Of a stretch of DNA of 64,000 nt, positions 28,280-37,848 are shown in pieces. Every line of letters begins with the position of its first letter. Positions within the stretch are counted from its first letter, which is position 1. Under the pieces are notes generated by a model. The model saw only the letters and a list, made by a program, of their open reading frames with translations. It ran no database searches and was not told the origin of the DNA. This DNA comes from Candidatus Calescibacterium sp. Lineage in GTDB: Bacteria > Calescibacteriota > Calescibacteriia > Calescibacteriales > Calescibacteriaceae. Location: assembly GCA_032249135.1 (NCBI GenBank), contig JAVVGL010000001.1, forward strand, positions 126,504 through 190,503, read 5' to 3'. The position numbers and the translations under genes are program-made.

Positions 28280-29992
28280 TTAAAAATCATCAATGTTGAC
28301 AAAAAATATTCCTTCGGGTTGTTGCCAAATTAATCCATACTTCGTGAAAATGCCATAAGTTCCTTCGTGAATTATCCTGAAATCTTTGAAATCTAATGTC
28401 TCATCTCCAGAAGAAATCGCTACTTTACCACCCTCTATCCATGTCACATATATCTTATTACCTATAACAACTATCTCTGGCTTCTCTGATTTTATCCCCG
28501 GACTTTTTGATATATTCCTGATTTTGAATTTTTTGGCATTTTCTGCCCCAAAATCCGGCATTCCTGAGTAATCGTATGTGATAACCTTTCCATCGGGAAG
28601 TTTTAATGTTGACGCCCCAACAAGAATTGGAGCTTGCAGTATAAGAACCTCATGTTCTCCCTCTATAACTCTTTCAAAAGCCAAATAGAAATTTTTTGTA
28701 TCAGTTGCGCAAGAAACATATTTTACATCAGAAAGATACGCTGGAATATAAAATGGTTCTAACTCCCTATCAGAAAACTGAGGATATGAGCGTAAAATAT
28801 TAATTACATCCAAAAGCTGGCGCTTAAACTGAAAGACCTTCACTCTGTATCCGAACCCATCGCTCCATACAGCATAAAAGTTTCCTCCTCCACCGCATAT
28901 TCTTGGATGTATCTCAAATGGTATTTGTAAATAACAGGACTCGCAATAGGTATAAGTCATAATTTCTGAAAATGTTTCCCCAGAATCTTTTGAATATGAG
29001 CACTTTACTCTTGCATCTCTAACCCCCTTGTTGTAATAGCAAATCATAACTTCTCCTTTGTCTGCAAATATATCTGGGAAATAACCATTATCAAAACTTG
29101 CTTTGAACTTAAAAGATTTGGAATCTAATTTATATTTCCCATAGTAAAATCCAGAGCCAGCGCTTGCAACAGAATGCAGAATATCACCATCTAAATCTAT
29201 TCTTATAGATGCCTGTCCAAAATAGATAGTCTTTAATTCACGATTTACCATTACTATTGCCTCGGAATTTACAAGGTCATTCCATGCAACTATCAATCCA
29301 TCAGAATCATCAACATCAAATGGAACTTCTGAATACACATTGGTTATAGATGAGGCAGAAAAGACATACACTGCATCAGTGACATATCCACCATATCCAT
29401 CAGTGCAAATAAGAGTGTGCTTAAATTTTCCTGATGTTGTAGGTGAAAATGGGAATTCTCCGGGAATTTGTATTTTGAAATCACTTACACCATCGGAGTA
29501 AAAATCAACAGAACAAATTACTTTATCTCCGTCTGGGTCGTATCCATCAACTTTTATTTTCAAACTCTCTCCCGGGGTTGTCACATAGTTTTTATTAGTA
29601 GATATATATGGGGTGTTATTTTCTGGGAAAACTTTGATGGTAGTGTAAGATTTTGCTATGCTTTTGCCTGTCACAAGTGTAGCTGATACAACAAAAACAG
29701 TCTCTTCTGAGACTTTATATGTATGTTCAACATAGGGAACGGTTGTTTTTTCTGAAGAACCATCTCCAAAATCCCAAATGATTTCAAATTTGTCAGAATA
29801 TGCAATTGAGGCATAAAATTTGACAGAAAGAGGACTTTTTCCTTCGGTAGGATAAGCATAAATAAAGATAGAAGATCTTTCAATTTCAATTACTCTTTCC
29901 TTGCAGTAAAAAGTAAAAAACAACAAAATACTTAAAAAAGTAAGCGAAAATTTCTTATTCGTATTGCAATTTAACATCAATTTCAAACTCAT
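28280..29992 (-). CDS. Secreted PKD-domain protein
   Basis: N-terminal signal peptide. WDFGDGSSEKTTV PKD-domain signature. Large beta-rich C-terminal region. Confidence 0.5.
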   Translation of the reverse strand: MSLKLMLNCNTNKKFSLTFLSILLFFTFYCKERVIEIERSSIFIYAYPTEGKSPLSVKFYASIAYSDKFEIIWDFGDGSSEKTTVPYVEHTYKVSEETVFVVSATLVTGKSIAKSYTTIKVFPENNTPYISTNKNYVTTPGESLKIKVDGYDPDGDKVICSVDFYSDGVSDFKIQIPGEFPFSPTTSGKFKHTLICTDGYGGYVTDAVYVFSASSITNVYSEVPFDVDDSDGLIVAWNDLVNSEAIVMVNRELKTIYFGQASIRIDLDGDILHSVASAGSGFYYGKYKLDSKSFKFKASFDNGYFPDIFADKGEVMICYYNKGVRDARVKCSYSKDSGETFSEIMTYTYCESCYLQIPFEIHPRICGGGGNFYAVWSDGFGYRVKVFQFKRQLLDVINILRSYPQFSDRELEPFYIPAYLSDVKYVSCATDTKNFYLAFERVIEGEHEVLILQAPILVGASTLKLPDGKVITYDYSGMPDFGAENAKKFKIRNISKSPGIKSEKPEIVVIGNKIYVTWIEGGKVAISSGDETLDFKDFRIIHEGTYGIFTKYGLIWQQPEGIFFVNIDDF

Positions 29993-30013
29993 TCTAATCG
30001 TTTCTAAATTAAT

Positions 30014-31723
30014 CTATTTTTCTAAAACTTCAATGCGCTGGTAAACTCCCGAAATAAGGTCACAGCCCAATTCTTCAGCCGGCATATTTGGTCTCCAATA
30101 TCTATTACGGCAATAGCAAGGAGGAAGAATTGGGCACACTTCATAATAAGAAGATGCAGGATATAAGCGAGGTTTATAAACGAAAATAATAGGAATGTCC
30201 ATGTATTCTCTTTCTAAGATAATAAAGTCCCAATCTGTGTAGGAGGGAGGGGGATATTCATCTATCCATTTGAAAAATTGAGCGTAAATATAGATGTATA
30301 AATTTCCATCTTTATAATAAATTTTTTCTACAAAATTGTGATCTCCTCTATAATCCCAATCGTTATATAAGCCTATGGCAAGTATAAACTTTTTTGAAAA
30401 ATCAACCTTTATCTCATCTCCGGAAGAACATATCAGCTGATTTTCCGTTGTTATTTTATAGTAAAGAATTGTAACTCGAGTCGGGTAAATAATATCTTTG
30501 AATTCCGGAGTTTCACATATTACATTCCGTAAAATTACTCTTAGTTCTTTTGGAAATTTTGCTTCCATGTAAGTAGGACATGGGGTCATATAAGTATAAA
30601 TGTATGTAGATGAAAATTGATAATTGTTAGGAAATGTTAAAGGGCAGATATATTCCGCTTGTATTTTTCTGTCATCATCAACTTTTCCGTCGCAATCATT
30701 ATCTATTCCATCTTGCTCATCTTGTAAATCAAGAACCCCCGGATTTATTTTTGGATTTTTATCATCACAATCTCCTGAAAGAGTTGTGATGCTCCCAGAG
30801 AATTTAAATGTTACTCCTTCGGGGAAAAATGTTATTCCTTCGGGAAATTTAGAATCACATATTAAAACTCCTTCTGGAACACCATATCCATCTCCATCAT
30901 TATCAGAATAAATCCCAAAACAATCCAAACAAACTTCATTTGAGAATCCGGAATCACCTCCTAAACCATAAGATATAACGCGGTAGCAATGTTTTCCCTC
31001 TTCCTTTTCCCCAACTTCAAAAGATGTAACAGAAGAAGGAGAAATCCATATCGCCACAAACTTATCTTTAACATTCTTTAAAATCTTAAAACCGATTTCT
31101 CTATCTTCGCCATTTTTATTTTCCTTTTCATTATTATTATCTTCCTTTTTCTGCCATTCTAATCTTATCTTATTACTACTATTACCGTCAATAATTTGAA
31201 GTTTTAGGTTTGAGGGAGAAGGTGGAGGAGGTATTTCTTGTTCTACTTTGGAAATTTCAGCACAAGCTTTTCCTAATTCTATTTCTCCCCCCTTACCAGA
31301 TTTTGCTTTCACCTCCCAGCAATACTTTTTCCCAGGTTTCACATCACCATCGGGATAAAAAGTAATTGAAGATGGGAACAAAGCGAGAAGTTCTTTTCCA
31401 CCGTCTATTACTCTTGAGACCTCGTATGAATCCACTTTTTCTTTTCCTTCCCATTTGATAAAAACAAGTTTTGATGATAAAAATTCTAATTCTATTCCCT
31501 CTTCATATATTATTTTTATTTTATCTTCTCCCTCCTTTGTTTTCTCCATTTTATCTTCTCCCGTCTCTATCTTCTCTTCATTTAGATTGTGTGTTGCTTT
31601 ATTTTCTTGAAATTCTCCTACTTTTTGGATTTTGTTTTCTCGTTTCTCCTCTTTACATAAAAGTAAGAGAAACAGAAGAGAAAAAATAGAAAAGAATTTT
31701 TTTATTCTTGTTTCCTTTACCAT
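30014..31723 (-). CDS. Secreted lipoprotein with Ig/FN3-like domains and a Cys-rich CDGKVDD (MopE-like) motif
   Basis: Signal peptide with lipobox (FLLLLCKEE). ...GDCDDKNPKINPG...DGIDNDCDGKVDDD matches the Cys/Asp-rich repeat reiterated in the adjacent 1555-aa protein. Confidence 0.5.
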   Translation of the reverse strand: MVKETRIKKFFSIFSLLFLLLLCKEEKRENKIQKVGEFQENKATHNLNEEKIETGEDKMEKTKEGEDKIKIIYEEGIELEFLSSKLVFIKWEGKEKVDSYEVSRVIDGGKELLALFPSSITFYPDGDVKPGKKYCWEVKAKSGKGGEIELGKACAEISKVEQEIPPPPSPSNLKLQIIDGNSSNKIRLEWQKKEDNNNEKENKNGEDREIGFKILKNVKDKFVAIWISPSSVTSFEVGEKEEGKHCYRVISYGLGGDSGFSNEVCLDCFGIYSDNDGDGYGVPEGVLICDSKFPEGITFFPEGVTFKFSGSITTLSGDCDDKNPKINPGVLDLQDEQDGIDNDCDGKVDDDRKIQAEYICPLTFPNNYQFSSTYIYTYMTPCPTYMEAKFPKELRVILRNVICETPEFKDIIYPTRVTILYYKITTENQLICSSGDEIKVDFSKKFILAIGLYNDWDYRGDHNFVEKIYYKDGNLYIYIYAQFFKWIDEYPPPSYTDWDFIILEREYMDIPIIFVYKPRLYPASSYYEVCPILPPCYCRNRYWRPNMPAEELGCDLISGVYQRIEVLEK

Positions 31724-31791
31724 AGATAAAACGCCTCCTTTAATCTAAAAAATCTAAAATTCATACTTATATTTTAAATCATCATTTAAAC

Positions 31792-34700
31792 TCAGTTGCA
31801 GGTTGGATAAGCTTCACATTTGCCAGTTGATGGATTAAAGCTTCCGCCAGCGCAAGTCGGATTTCGCTTACACAAACGTGAAGCAGGATCATCAAGAGGA
31901 CATGTCCATCCACACTCTATACCATCATCATCACACGATACCTCTGTCCATCCAGAAGGGCAACTATTTATGCTACTGCACCAGGTATTACAACCTCCGT
32001 TAATTCTGTAATAGCACGTTTTATCTTCTGAGCTGTACCAACACCTACTCTTAGCTCTTTCGTTACAGCTTTTACCAATATAACCAGAACAGCCATCGCA
32101 ATCGCTATCGTTTGGTTCTCTCTCACATTTTCCAGTTGATGTATTTAATGTATATCCACTTGGGCATTTTGTTGGGGGGCAAATTGACGAGTTAGAATCA
32201 TCACAATCAACGCATGCGCGACAACCATCGCCATCATTATCTGCCTCCCAGCTTGGAATTACTCCATCACAGTTATCATCAATCCCATTACATATTTCAG
32301 GTGCTCCAGGATGTATAGATGAAATTAAATCATTGCAATCTCCCGCACATATGCGCCAACCGTCTCCATCTAAATCTAATTCATTCCAAGGTACTACGCC
32401 ATCACAATTATCATCTATACCATTGCAAGATTCTGGTGCTCCCGGATGTATTTGATCGTTATAGTCTTTGCAATCATTATTGGCAGTAACATATCCTGGG
32501 GGACCCGGGGGACACGCCTCTATAGGTGAGTGACCGATGCACCACCACACACAAAAGGTCCAAAATGATTCGCAACAGTATAAATAGTCGCCAGTTCTTC
32601 CATATCCATCACCATCATCATCATACCAGTATGTGACTTTCACTCCTTCGTCTATTTGTCCATTGCAGTTATTATCTTTACCATCGCATACCTCTGGATT
32701 TCCTGGAAATTTTGCAGAATCCTTATCATCACAATCTCCTTGGCAAATTCTATATCCATCTCCATCTTCATCCTTTTCGTTTGTGATATCCCCATCACAG
32801 TTATCATCCTTTCCATTGCAAATTTCAACTGCATCGGGATGAACGGAACTATCTGAATCATCACAATCTAAGTCATTTGCCACATATCCTTGTGGTTGAG
32901 AAGGAGCGAAAACTAACTCATTAGGATCACCATAGCCGTCGCCATCTGCGTCTTTATAAAATGCAACAAGTATTTGAACTTGTCCCTCAACATATTGTGA
33001 CCAAAGACCAGTCGTATCTTTTACTCTATATCTTACTGTGTATATTCCTGGTGAATTATAAGTATGAGATGTTTCTTTACATACTCCCAGTTCACATACT
33101 CCCAAAGTTTCGCACACTCTTAGTGCTTCCTCCGTTATTGAGCCTATAGTAGGATTCGTTCCATCTCCAAAATCCCACTCACATTCTTCGATTAAATTTC
33201 CATCTTGTTCATAGAAGCTTCCTTTAAAATCTACTTTTACACCTCCACTGGGGAATTTTAAGAAATAAAAAGGAAGTATCTTTTCCCCCACTGCACAAAT
33301 TTGGCCAATGCTGGGATCCGGATCTGGATAACATATAGTAAAATTAGCAGTTGGTGGATTATCAGGAACACTCACATCAAAAAATGGTAATCTAGTTCCA
33401 TCAAGTGAAAATGTGTTTCCATTTGCTCTTATTGTATAAAAGAACCTTATTGTTTTTGTATTATGGTCAATAAACCTTCTGAATCTCCGATTCTTTATAT
33501 ATATACTTGGCCGAACTTTCTCCGCTCTCAAGTTGCTGAGGTTCCATAAACCCCTTAGCTGCGGAACACCAGTTCTTGATAAAATAAACATATCATCTCC
33601 GCATAGTTGATCCCCTTGCCATGGGCAGTTTGAGTTTGGTGTAACTATTAGATCATAATTTGCAGACTCCCCAGGAAATGCATAAAAAATAGGAGATATT
33701 ATACCTATCATAGATGAACCCTCTATTCTATCCAGCATAATGGAAGGTGTTCTACTTATTTCTGCAAGATATGCTGAGGCTATGGTTCCAAGTCTTATTT
33801 CATCCATTAAATCTTGATTTTCTATTGTATCGGTGGCACAATCCAGAAAAGCATTGAAGAATGACTCTATGCTAGAATAACCCGCACCCACAGATCTTAT
33901 AGCACACTCTGCAAGCTTATCAACTATATCACCGTACCTATTTCTTAAACGCCAAAGAAATGAATACCAAAGACCTCCATTATAATGTGACTCATTTATA
34001 AGGTCAGATCGCAGAAAAGTTCTGTTATTTATAGCATTATCAAAAGTATAATTATTAGGATTTGCTCCTAATATATTAGCCCAATCTCTTATTGAAACTG
34101 CATAGATTTGCCTTTTGTATAAATTGACCATAACATCAGCAAAGTAATCTGCAATACCCTCTGTAAGACTTCTATAAAGATCTCCCCATCTTTCTTTTTC
34201 ACATTTTACCACATGGCAGTGGTGAGCATGTGAATATTCGTGGAAAACAACGAAAGGAGTTCTTGAAGCAAGAAATCTACAAAGAGTTATGTTATAACTA
34301 ACATCCGCCAAAAATGGATCTCCAGGGGAAAAACCAGCATTTTGGCATTTTCCATATGCACATATGTTTTTTGGCGGCCAACTTCGTTGTGGTTCTGTGT
34401 ATCTTCTGTAATCTACATAAAGAGTTTCTATAATTGTTTGAGTGGCTCTATCCCCGAATCTTGAAGCATCGTCGAAAAATCTCCCTGCCATAGTTGCCCA
34501 GAAATATGCTGAAGCCATTTCAAATTCATGCGGATTCATAACAGGGTCATAACAGAAATCTCTATCTGGTTCATTTATTACCGGAGGAGGTTGGCATGTC
34601 CTTCCCGGACACAACTCATCGCACCGGGAACAACAGTAGTCTTTAGGATCTGAAAATATACAGCCCAGTAGTGTAAAAACGCCAATAGTGCACTCTTGAC

Positions 34701-36459
34701 TATAAGAAATACATTGATTACAGTAAACTGGTCCTTCATAAGTGAGATCAGCATCTGTTACTCGTCTTACATATTTCCCAGATAAATTTTGACCGGTAAC
34801 ATCTGGAAATCCAACTCGGCTAACACTACTCGTAGGACAAGCCGTCATGTTGTCTGGTTCACGTTGGAATTGCTGTTCAGCTGTACATATACATCCACAC
34901 CAATCAGTACATGGGGGAAGCTCCGAGAAGATGAGGTCAGAAATTTCCACAAGACTTCCATCAAAAGCATCAATCCATACCCAAAACCTTCTTGCAATAG
35001 TAAGAATGAGAATTTTGTACGCCAAGTGTAAAATCCCATTTTTATCCCTTATTATTGTCAAGTAATATATTGGAGGAGCAAATTGTAATTCTTCCGGTTG
35101 CAGTGAAAATAATGAAAAAATACGAGACAAAACATCTCTTGGGCTTAACTTAGGTATTGTTGGAAAAGTTTCAGGAATAACATAATATTCTCCGAATATC
35201 GATCTAGGATTTCCTTCTGAATTAGTCCTCACAATAAGTTCGGTTTCCACTGGAATTCCTTTGAAAAACTGTTTAAACCTTATAAATGAAGCGTAACCTA
35301 AATTTTCAACTTCCTCTATTTTTAAATCTCCAAGATCTTCCTTGAAACCATAAACATCTTTAAGCTCGCTCAAAAAAGCTACTACTCCCTCTATTGTTCT
35401 TATGCCTTCATAAGATACTATTGTAAAATATGAAAAAACAAGGGCAGGGTTACCTGCCTTATCTTTTATCTTCACTCGAAGATTATGTGTATTTTCTGTA
35501 AGCTGTTCAGAAGGTGTAAAGTAAGCTCTGTTTTCCTCAACCCGAAATTTAGAAGTAATCTCCTCCCTATCCAAAAATATTCGGAAAGATTCTTTAAGAA
35601 TCCCTGATGTTTCATCCCAGAATTCAATCAAAAAATATGGAGTTTTACTTTGTATCAAAGCTCCGTATTGAGGTGATGAAACAACTATAAAAGGAGGCAC
35701 TGTATCTAATACAAGAGATGCTCTTTCTGTCCTCATCTCTCCTACCTTCTTTATCATTGTTCCACCATTTCCTAACTCATCCTCTCTTTCAACAAGAAGA
35801 TAAACAGTGTAATAGTAAGCTCCGTCTGGTTGAATTTTACCTTCAAAATCCTTCCCATTCCATATTGTTTTCATGTTTTTTCTTACATAGTGACAAGCTT
35901 TACCTTGCTCAATAGGTTTTAAGTCCCAAGTAACGCAATCAAAAGGAGGCAAGATTTCTTCTTTGAATGAGGAAAATTCATTTATTAGCTTCCCTTTTTC
36001 ATCATAGATAGAAAGCGACCATGTCAGAAAGTATCTTTTTACATCTCCTTTACCTTGTGATTGAAGTGCATCTGTATGCTTTACAAGAACTATAAAAGAA
36101 AACTCAACTTCATCAAGATGTCCATCACCATTTGGGGAGAAATAATCGGTTGATCTATCAAATTTTCTCAAACATACCTTTCCAGTTTCATCACAAACTG
36201 GGGATTGAAGTGGAGATGCAGTAATTGTTAGTGGTCTTGAAGGTGTGATTTTTACACCCTCAAAAAAATGGTTTGGAATAGGCTTTTTCTTCGTATACTT
36301 TCCTCCAAATACAGCAATGGGATTCCCAAGAACATCATTCCAGTCAGCTTTCCAATTACCTCCATTTTTTCTGTTAAATTCCTCAAAAGCTTTCATTTGA
36401 TCTTTTGTTGGTTCCCCAGTAGAAGCATTATTGGAAATCACTGCAATAGATATCAGCAA
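31792..36459 (-). CDS. Giant secreted zinc metalloprotease (thermolysin/fungalysin-like HExxH gluzincin) with PKD domain and C-terminal Cys-rich repeats
   Basis: HEYSHAHH followed ~25 aa later by LTEGIADYFA, spaced as the HExxH...E(A/G)xSD pattern of M4/M36 peptidases. WDFGDGTNPTIG PKD domain. At least 6 C-terminal repeats of type CNGxDDNCDG(x)n-DGDGY. The annotated start is TTG; the true start is probably an upstream ATG separated by a G8 tract. Confidence 0.75.
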   Translation of the reverse strand: MLISIAVISNNASTGEPTKDQMKAFEEFNRKNGGNWKADWNDVLGNPIAVFGGKYTKKKPIPNHFFEGVKITPSRPLTITASPLQSPVCDETGKVCLRKFDRSTDYFSPNGDGHLDEVEFSFIVLVKHTDALQSQGKGDVKRYFLTWSLSIYDEKGKLINEFSSFKEEILPPFDCVTWDLKPIEQGKACHYVRKNMKTIWNGKDFEGKIQPDGAYYYTVYLLVEREDELGNGGTMIKKVGEMRTERASLVLDTVPPFIVVSSPQYGALIQSKTPYFLIEFWDETSGILKESFRIFLDREEITSKFRVEENRAYFTPSEQLTENTHNLRVKIKDKAGNPALVFSYFTIVSYEGIRTIEGVVAFLSELKDVYGFKEDLGDLKIEEVENLGYASFIRFKQFFKGIPVETELIVRTNSEGNPRSIFGEYYVIPETFPTIPKLSPRDVLSRIFSLFSLQPEELQFAPPIYYLTIIRDKNGILHLAYKILILTIARRFWVWIDAFDGSLVEISDLIFSELPPCTDWCGCICTAEQQFQREPDNMTACPTSSVSRVGFPDVTGQNLSGKYVRRVTDADLTYEGPVYCNQCISYSQECTIGVFTLLGCIFSDPKDYCCSRCDELCPGRTCQPPPVINEPDRDFCYDPVMNPHEFEMASAYFWATMAGRFFDDASRFGDRATQTIIETLYVDYRRYTEPQRSWPPKNICAYGKCQNAGFSPGDPFLADVSYNITLCRFLASRTPFVVFHEYSHAHHCHVVKCEKERWGDLYRSLTEGIADYFADVMVNLYKRQIYAVSIRDWANILGANPNNYTFDNAINNRTFLRSDLINESHYNGGLWYSFLWRLRNRYGDIVDKLAECAIRSVGAGYSSIESFFNAFLDCATDTIENQDLMDEIRLGTIASAYLAEISRTPSIMLDRIEGSSMIGIISPIFYAFPGESANYDLIVTPNSNCPWQGDQLCGDDMFILSRTGVPQLRGLWNLSNLRAEKVRPSIYIKNRRFRRFIDHNTKTIRFFYTIRANGNTFSLDGTRLPFFDVSVPDNPPTANFTICYPDPDPSIGQICAVGEKILPFYFLKFPSGGVKVDFKGSFYEQDGNLIEECEWDFGDGTNPTIGSITEEALRVCETLGVCELGVCKETSHTYNSPGIYTVRYRVKDTTGLWSQYVEGQVQILVAFYKDADGDGYGDPNELVFAPSQPQGYVANDLDCDDSDSSVHPDAVEICNGKDDNCDGDITNEKDEDGDGYRICQGDCDDKDSAKFPGNPEVCDGKDNNCNGQIDEGVKVTYWYDDDGDGYGRTGDYLYCCESFWTFCVWWCIGHSPIEACPPGPPGYVTANNDCKDYNDQIHPGAPESCNGIDDNCDGVVPWNELDLDGDGWRICAGDCNDLISSIHPGAPEICNGIDDNCDGVIPSWEADNDGDGCRACVDCDDSNSSICPPTKCPSGYTLNTSTGKCEREPNDSDCDGCSGYIGKSCNERAKSRCWYSSEDKTCYYRINGGCNTWCSSINSCPSGWTEVSCDDDGIECGWTCPLDDPASRLCKRNPTCAGGSFNPSTGKCEAYPTCN

Positions 36460-36495
36460 AATAGAGGATAATATAACTCCGTAAAGATTTAGGCT

Positions 36496-36503
36496 CCCCC
36501 CCC
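36496..36503. repeat. Homopolymeric G8 tract (coding strand) inside the predicted signal-peptide region of the giant metalloprotease
   Basis: Minus-strand reading: aaaATGctaaaagatagcaaaaaggctGGGGGGGGagcctaaatc... With G8 the ATG frame stops after 12 codons. With G9 it reads through, in frame with ORF 31792-36459. Confidence 0.9.
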
Positions 36504-36668
36504 AGCCTTTTTGCTATCTTTTAGCATTTTTCTTTCCACTTTCATAATTTAAAATATAATCATTTTTTGTTTTGTTGTGTTGAAATTTGAGCAGTCAAAA
36601 ATTTAAAACTAACCTCTTTTTTTCTTTTTTGAATTTATTTGAAGTTTGCGTAAAGAGGTTTGTTTTTT

Positions 36669-36744
36669 TGGAGCGGGTGACGGGACTCGAACCCGCGACC
36701 CCTGCCATGGCAAGGCAGTGCTCTACCAACTGAGCTACACCCGC
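36669..36744 (-). tRNA. tRNA-Gly (anticodon GCC)
   Basis: Minus-strand sequence GCGGGTGTAGCTCAGTTGGTAGAGCACTGCCTTGCCATGGCAGGGGTCGCGGGTTCGAGTCCCGTCACCCGCTCCA folds as a cloverleaf: 7-bp acceptor stem, D arm GCTC/GAGC, anticodon stem CTGCC/GGCAG with loop TTGCCAT (anticodon GCC), T arm GCGGG-TTCGAGT-CCCGT. CCA is encoded. Confidence 0.85.
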
Positions 36745-36857
36745 AATTGAATAAAATATTTTAATCAAAAGTATAAATTTTATCACTAAAACAAAAATTT
36801 CTTTTTTTAAACAAAAAGTTTTTTCTTTGCTCCTTTTTGCTTGTTCTTTTTTGCTTT

Positions 36858-37733
36858 TCAAACTCTTTCTTTTATTTCTTTGCCAAAAATTCCTTCTGGT
36901 CTCAAAGCTAAGAATATAAGCCCCACAAGAAAAACAAAAGCAGTTTTGTATTTTATAGAAACATAACCTCCGAATAAAGTTTCTGTTATTCCAACTATCA
37001 AAGAACCTACGATTGCACCGGGAGGACTATCAAGCCCTCCTATGACTGCTCCTATAAAAGCCCTCAGGAATGGATCAAACATAAAAAACTGGTCTACAAA
37101 ATATAATGGAGCTATTAAAAATCCTGCGATTCCAGCTGTGAAAGTTGAAATTGCCCATGTGAAACCTATTATCCATCTTGTTTTTATTCCAAGTACCCTT
37201 GCCATATCTAAGTTTTGAGATATAGCTCTCATAAATATTCCTACTTTTGTGCGCATCACGACAAAGTAAAGAATTGCCATCAAAATTAAGCTTGTTGAAC
37301 TCGTTAAAATAAAGCTCTTTCTCATTTTAAAGTCTAAAATTTGAGTTTCCCCTGTGAATGGAGAATTCAGAGCTTTTGGATCTGGTCCCCATATTGCGAT
37401 TTCAACAGTTTGAATTAAAAATGAGATGGCTATTGTTATTATTGTAAGCCCAAGAGGAGAGACTCCTCTTCTTTGTCCTTCGTAGAGAATAAAAAAATAT
37501 ATAAGAAATGCAAGAACGCTGCTTATCAGCGAACCGATCAGTCCGTAAAGAATAAATTGGGAAGGAGTTATTATTTTATCACCTATCAGAGATAGAGCTA
37601 TGAAAGTTCCTAATGTAGCAAAATCCCCATGGGCGAAATTTAAAACCCGTGTGGTTCTATATATCAATACTATACCTAAGGAAACCAAGGCATATATAAA
37701 TCCTACTTCTATACCCAGTATGAAATAACTCAT
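36858..37733 (-). CDS. Branched-chain amino-acid ABC transporter permease (LivH family)
   Basis: YALVSLGIVLIYRTTRVLNFAHGDF is the hallmark LivH/LivM N-terminal motif. ~8 TM segments. No cognate ATPase or binding-protein gene adjacent. Confidence 0.8.
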   Translation of the reverse strand: MSYFILGIEVGFIYALVSLGIVLIYRTTRVLNFAHGDFATLGTFIALSLIGDKIITPSQFILYGLIGSLISSVLAFLIYFFILYEGQRRGVSPLGLTIITIAISFLIQTVEIAIWGPDPKALNSPFTGETQILDFKMRKSFILTSSTSLILMAILYFVVMRTKVGIFMRAISQNLDMARVLGIKTRWIIGFTWAISTFTAGIAGFLIAPLYFVDQFFMFDPFLRAFIGAVIGGLDSPPGAIVGSLIVGITETLFGGYVSIKYKTAFVFLVGLIFLALRPEGIFGKEIKERV

Positions 37734-37848
37734 CTTTTCCTTTCTCCCTTGCCTTATTTTATTGATTTATATATTGATTTTGCTGTTTTTTATTTTTTGT
37801 TTATATTTTTTACTTCTTTAACTTTTATTTTTCTCTCTTCATTTTTTG

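Noticed and set aside
36491-36512. Hairpin AGGCT-C8-AGCCT followed by TTTTT read as a rho-independent terminator on the plus strand
   Set aside because: No plus-strand gene ends upstream of it. The same bases lie inside the out-of-frame signal-peptide segment of the minus-strand protease, so the phase-variation reading explains the sequence better. A secondary role as an RNA structure is not excluded.
36595-36861. 88-aa minus-strand ORF
   Set aside because: It is entirely overlapped by the tRNA-Gly(GCC) gene and its flanks. Part of its translation is just the tRNA sequence.
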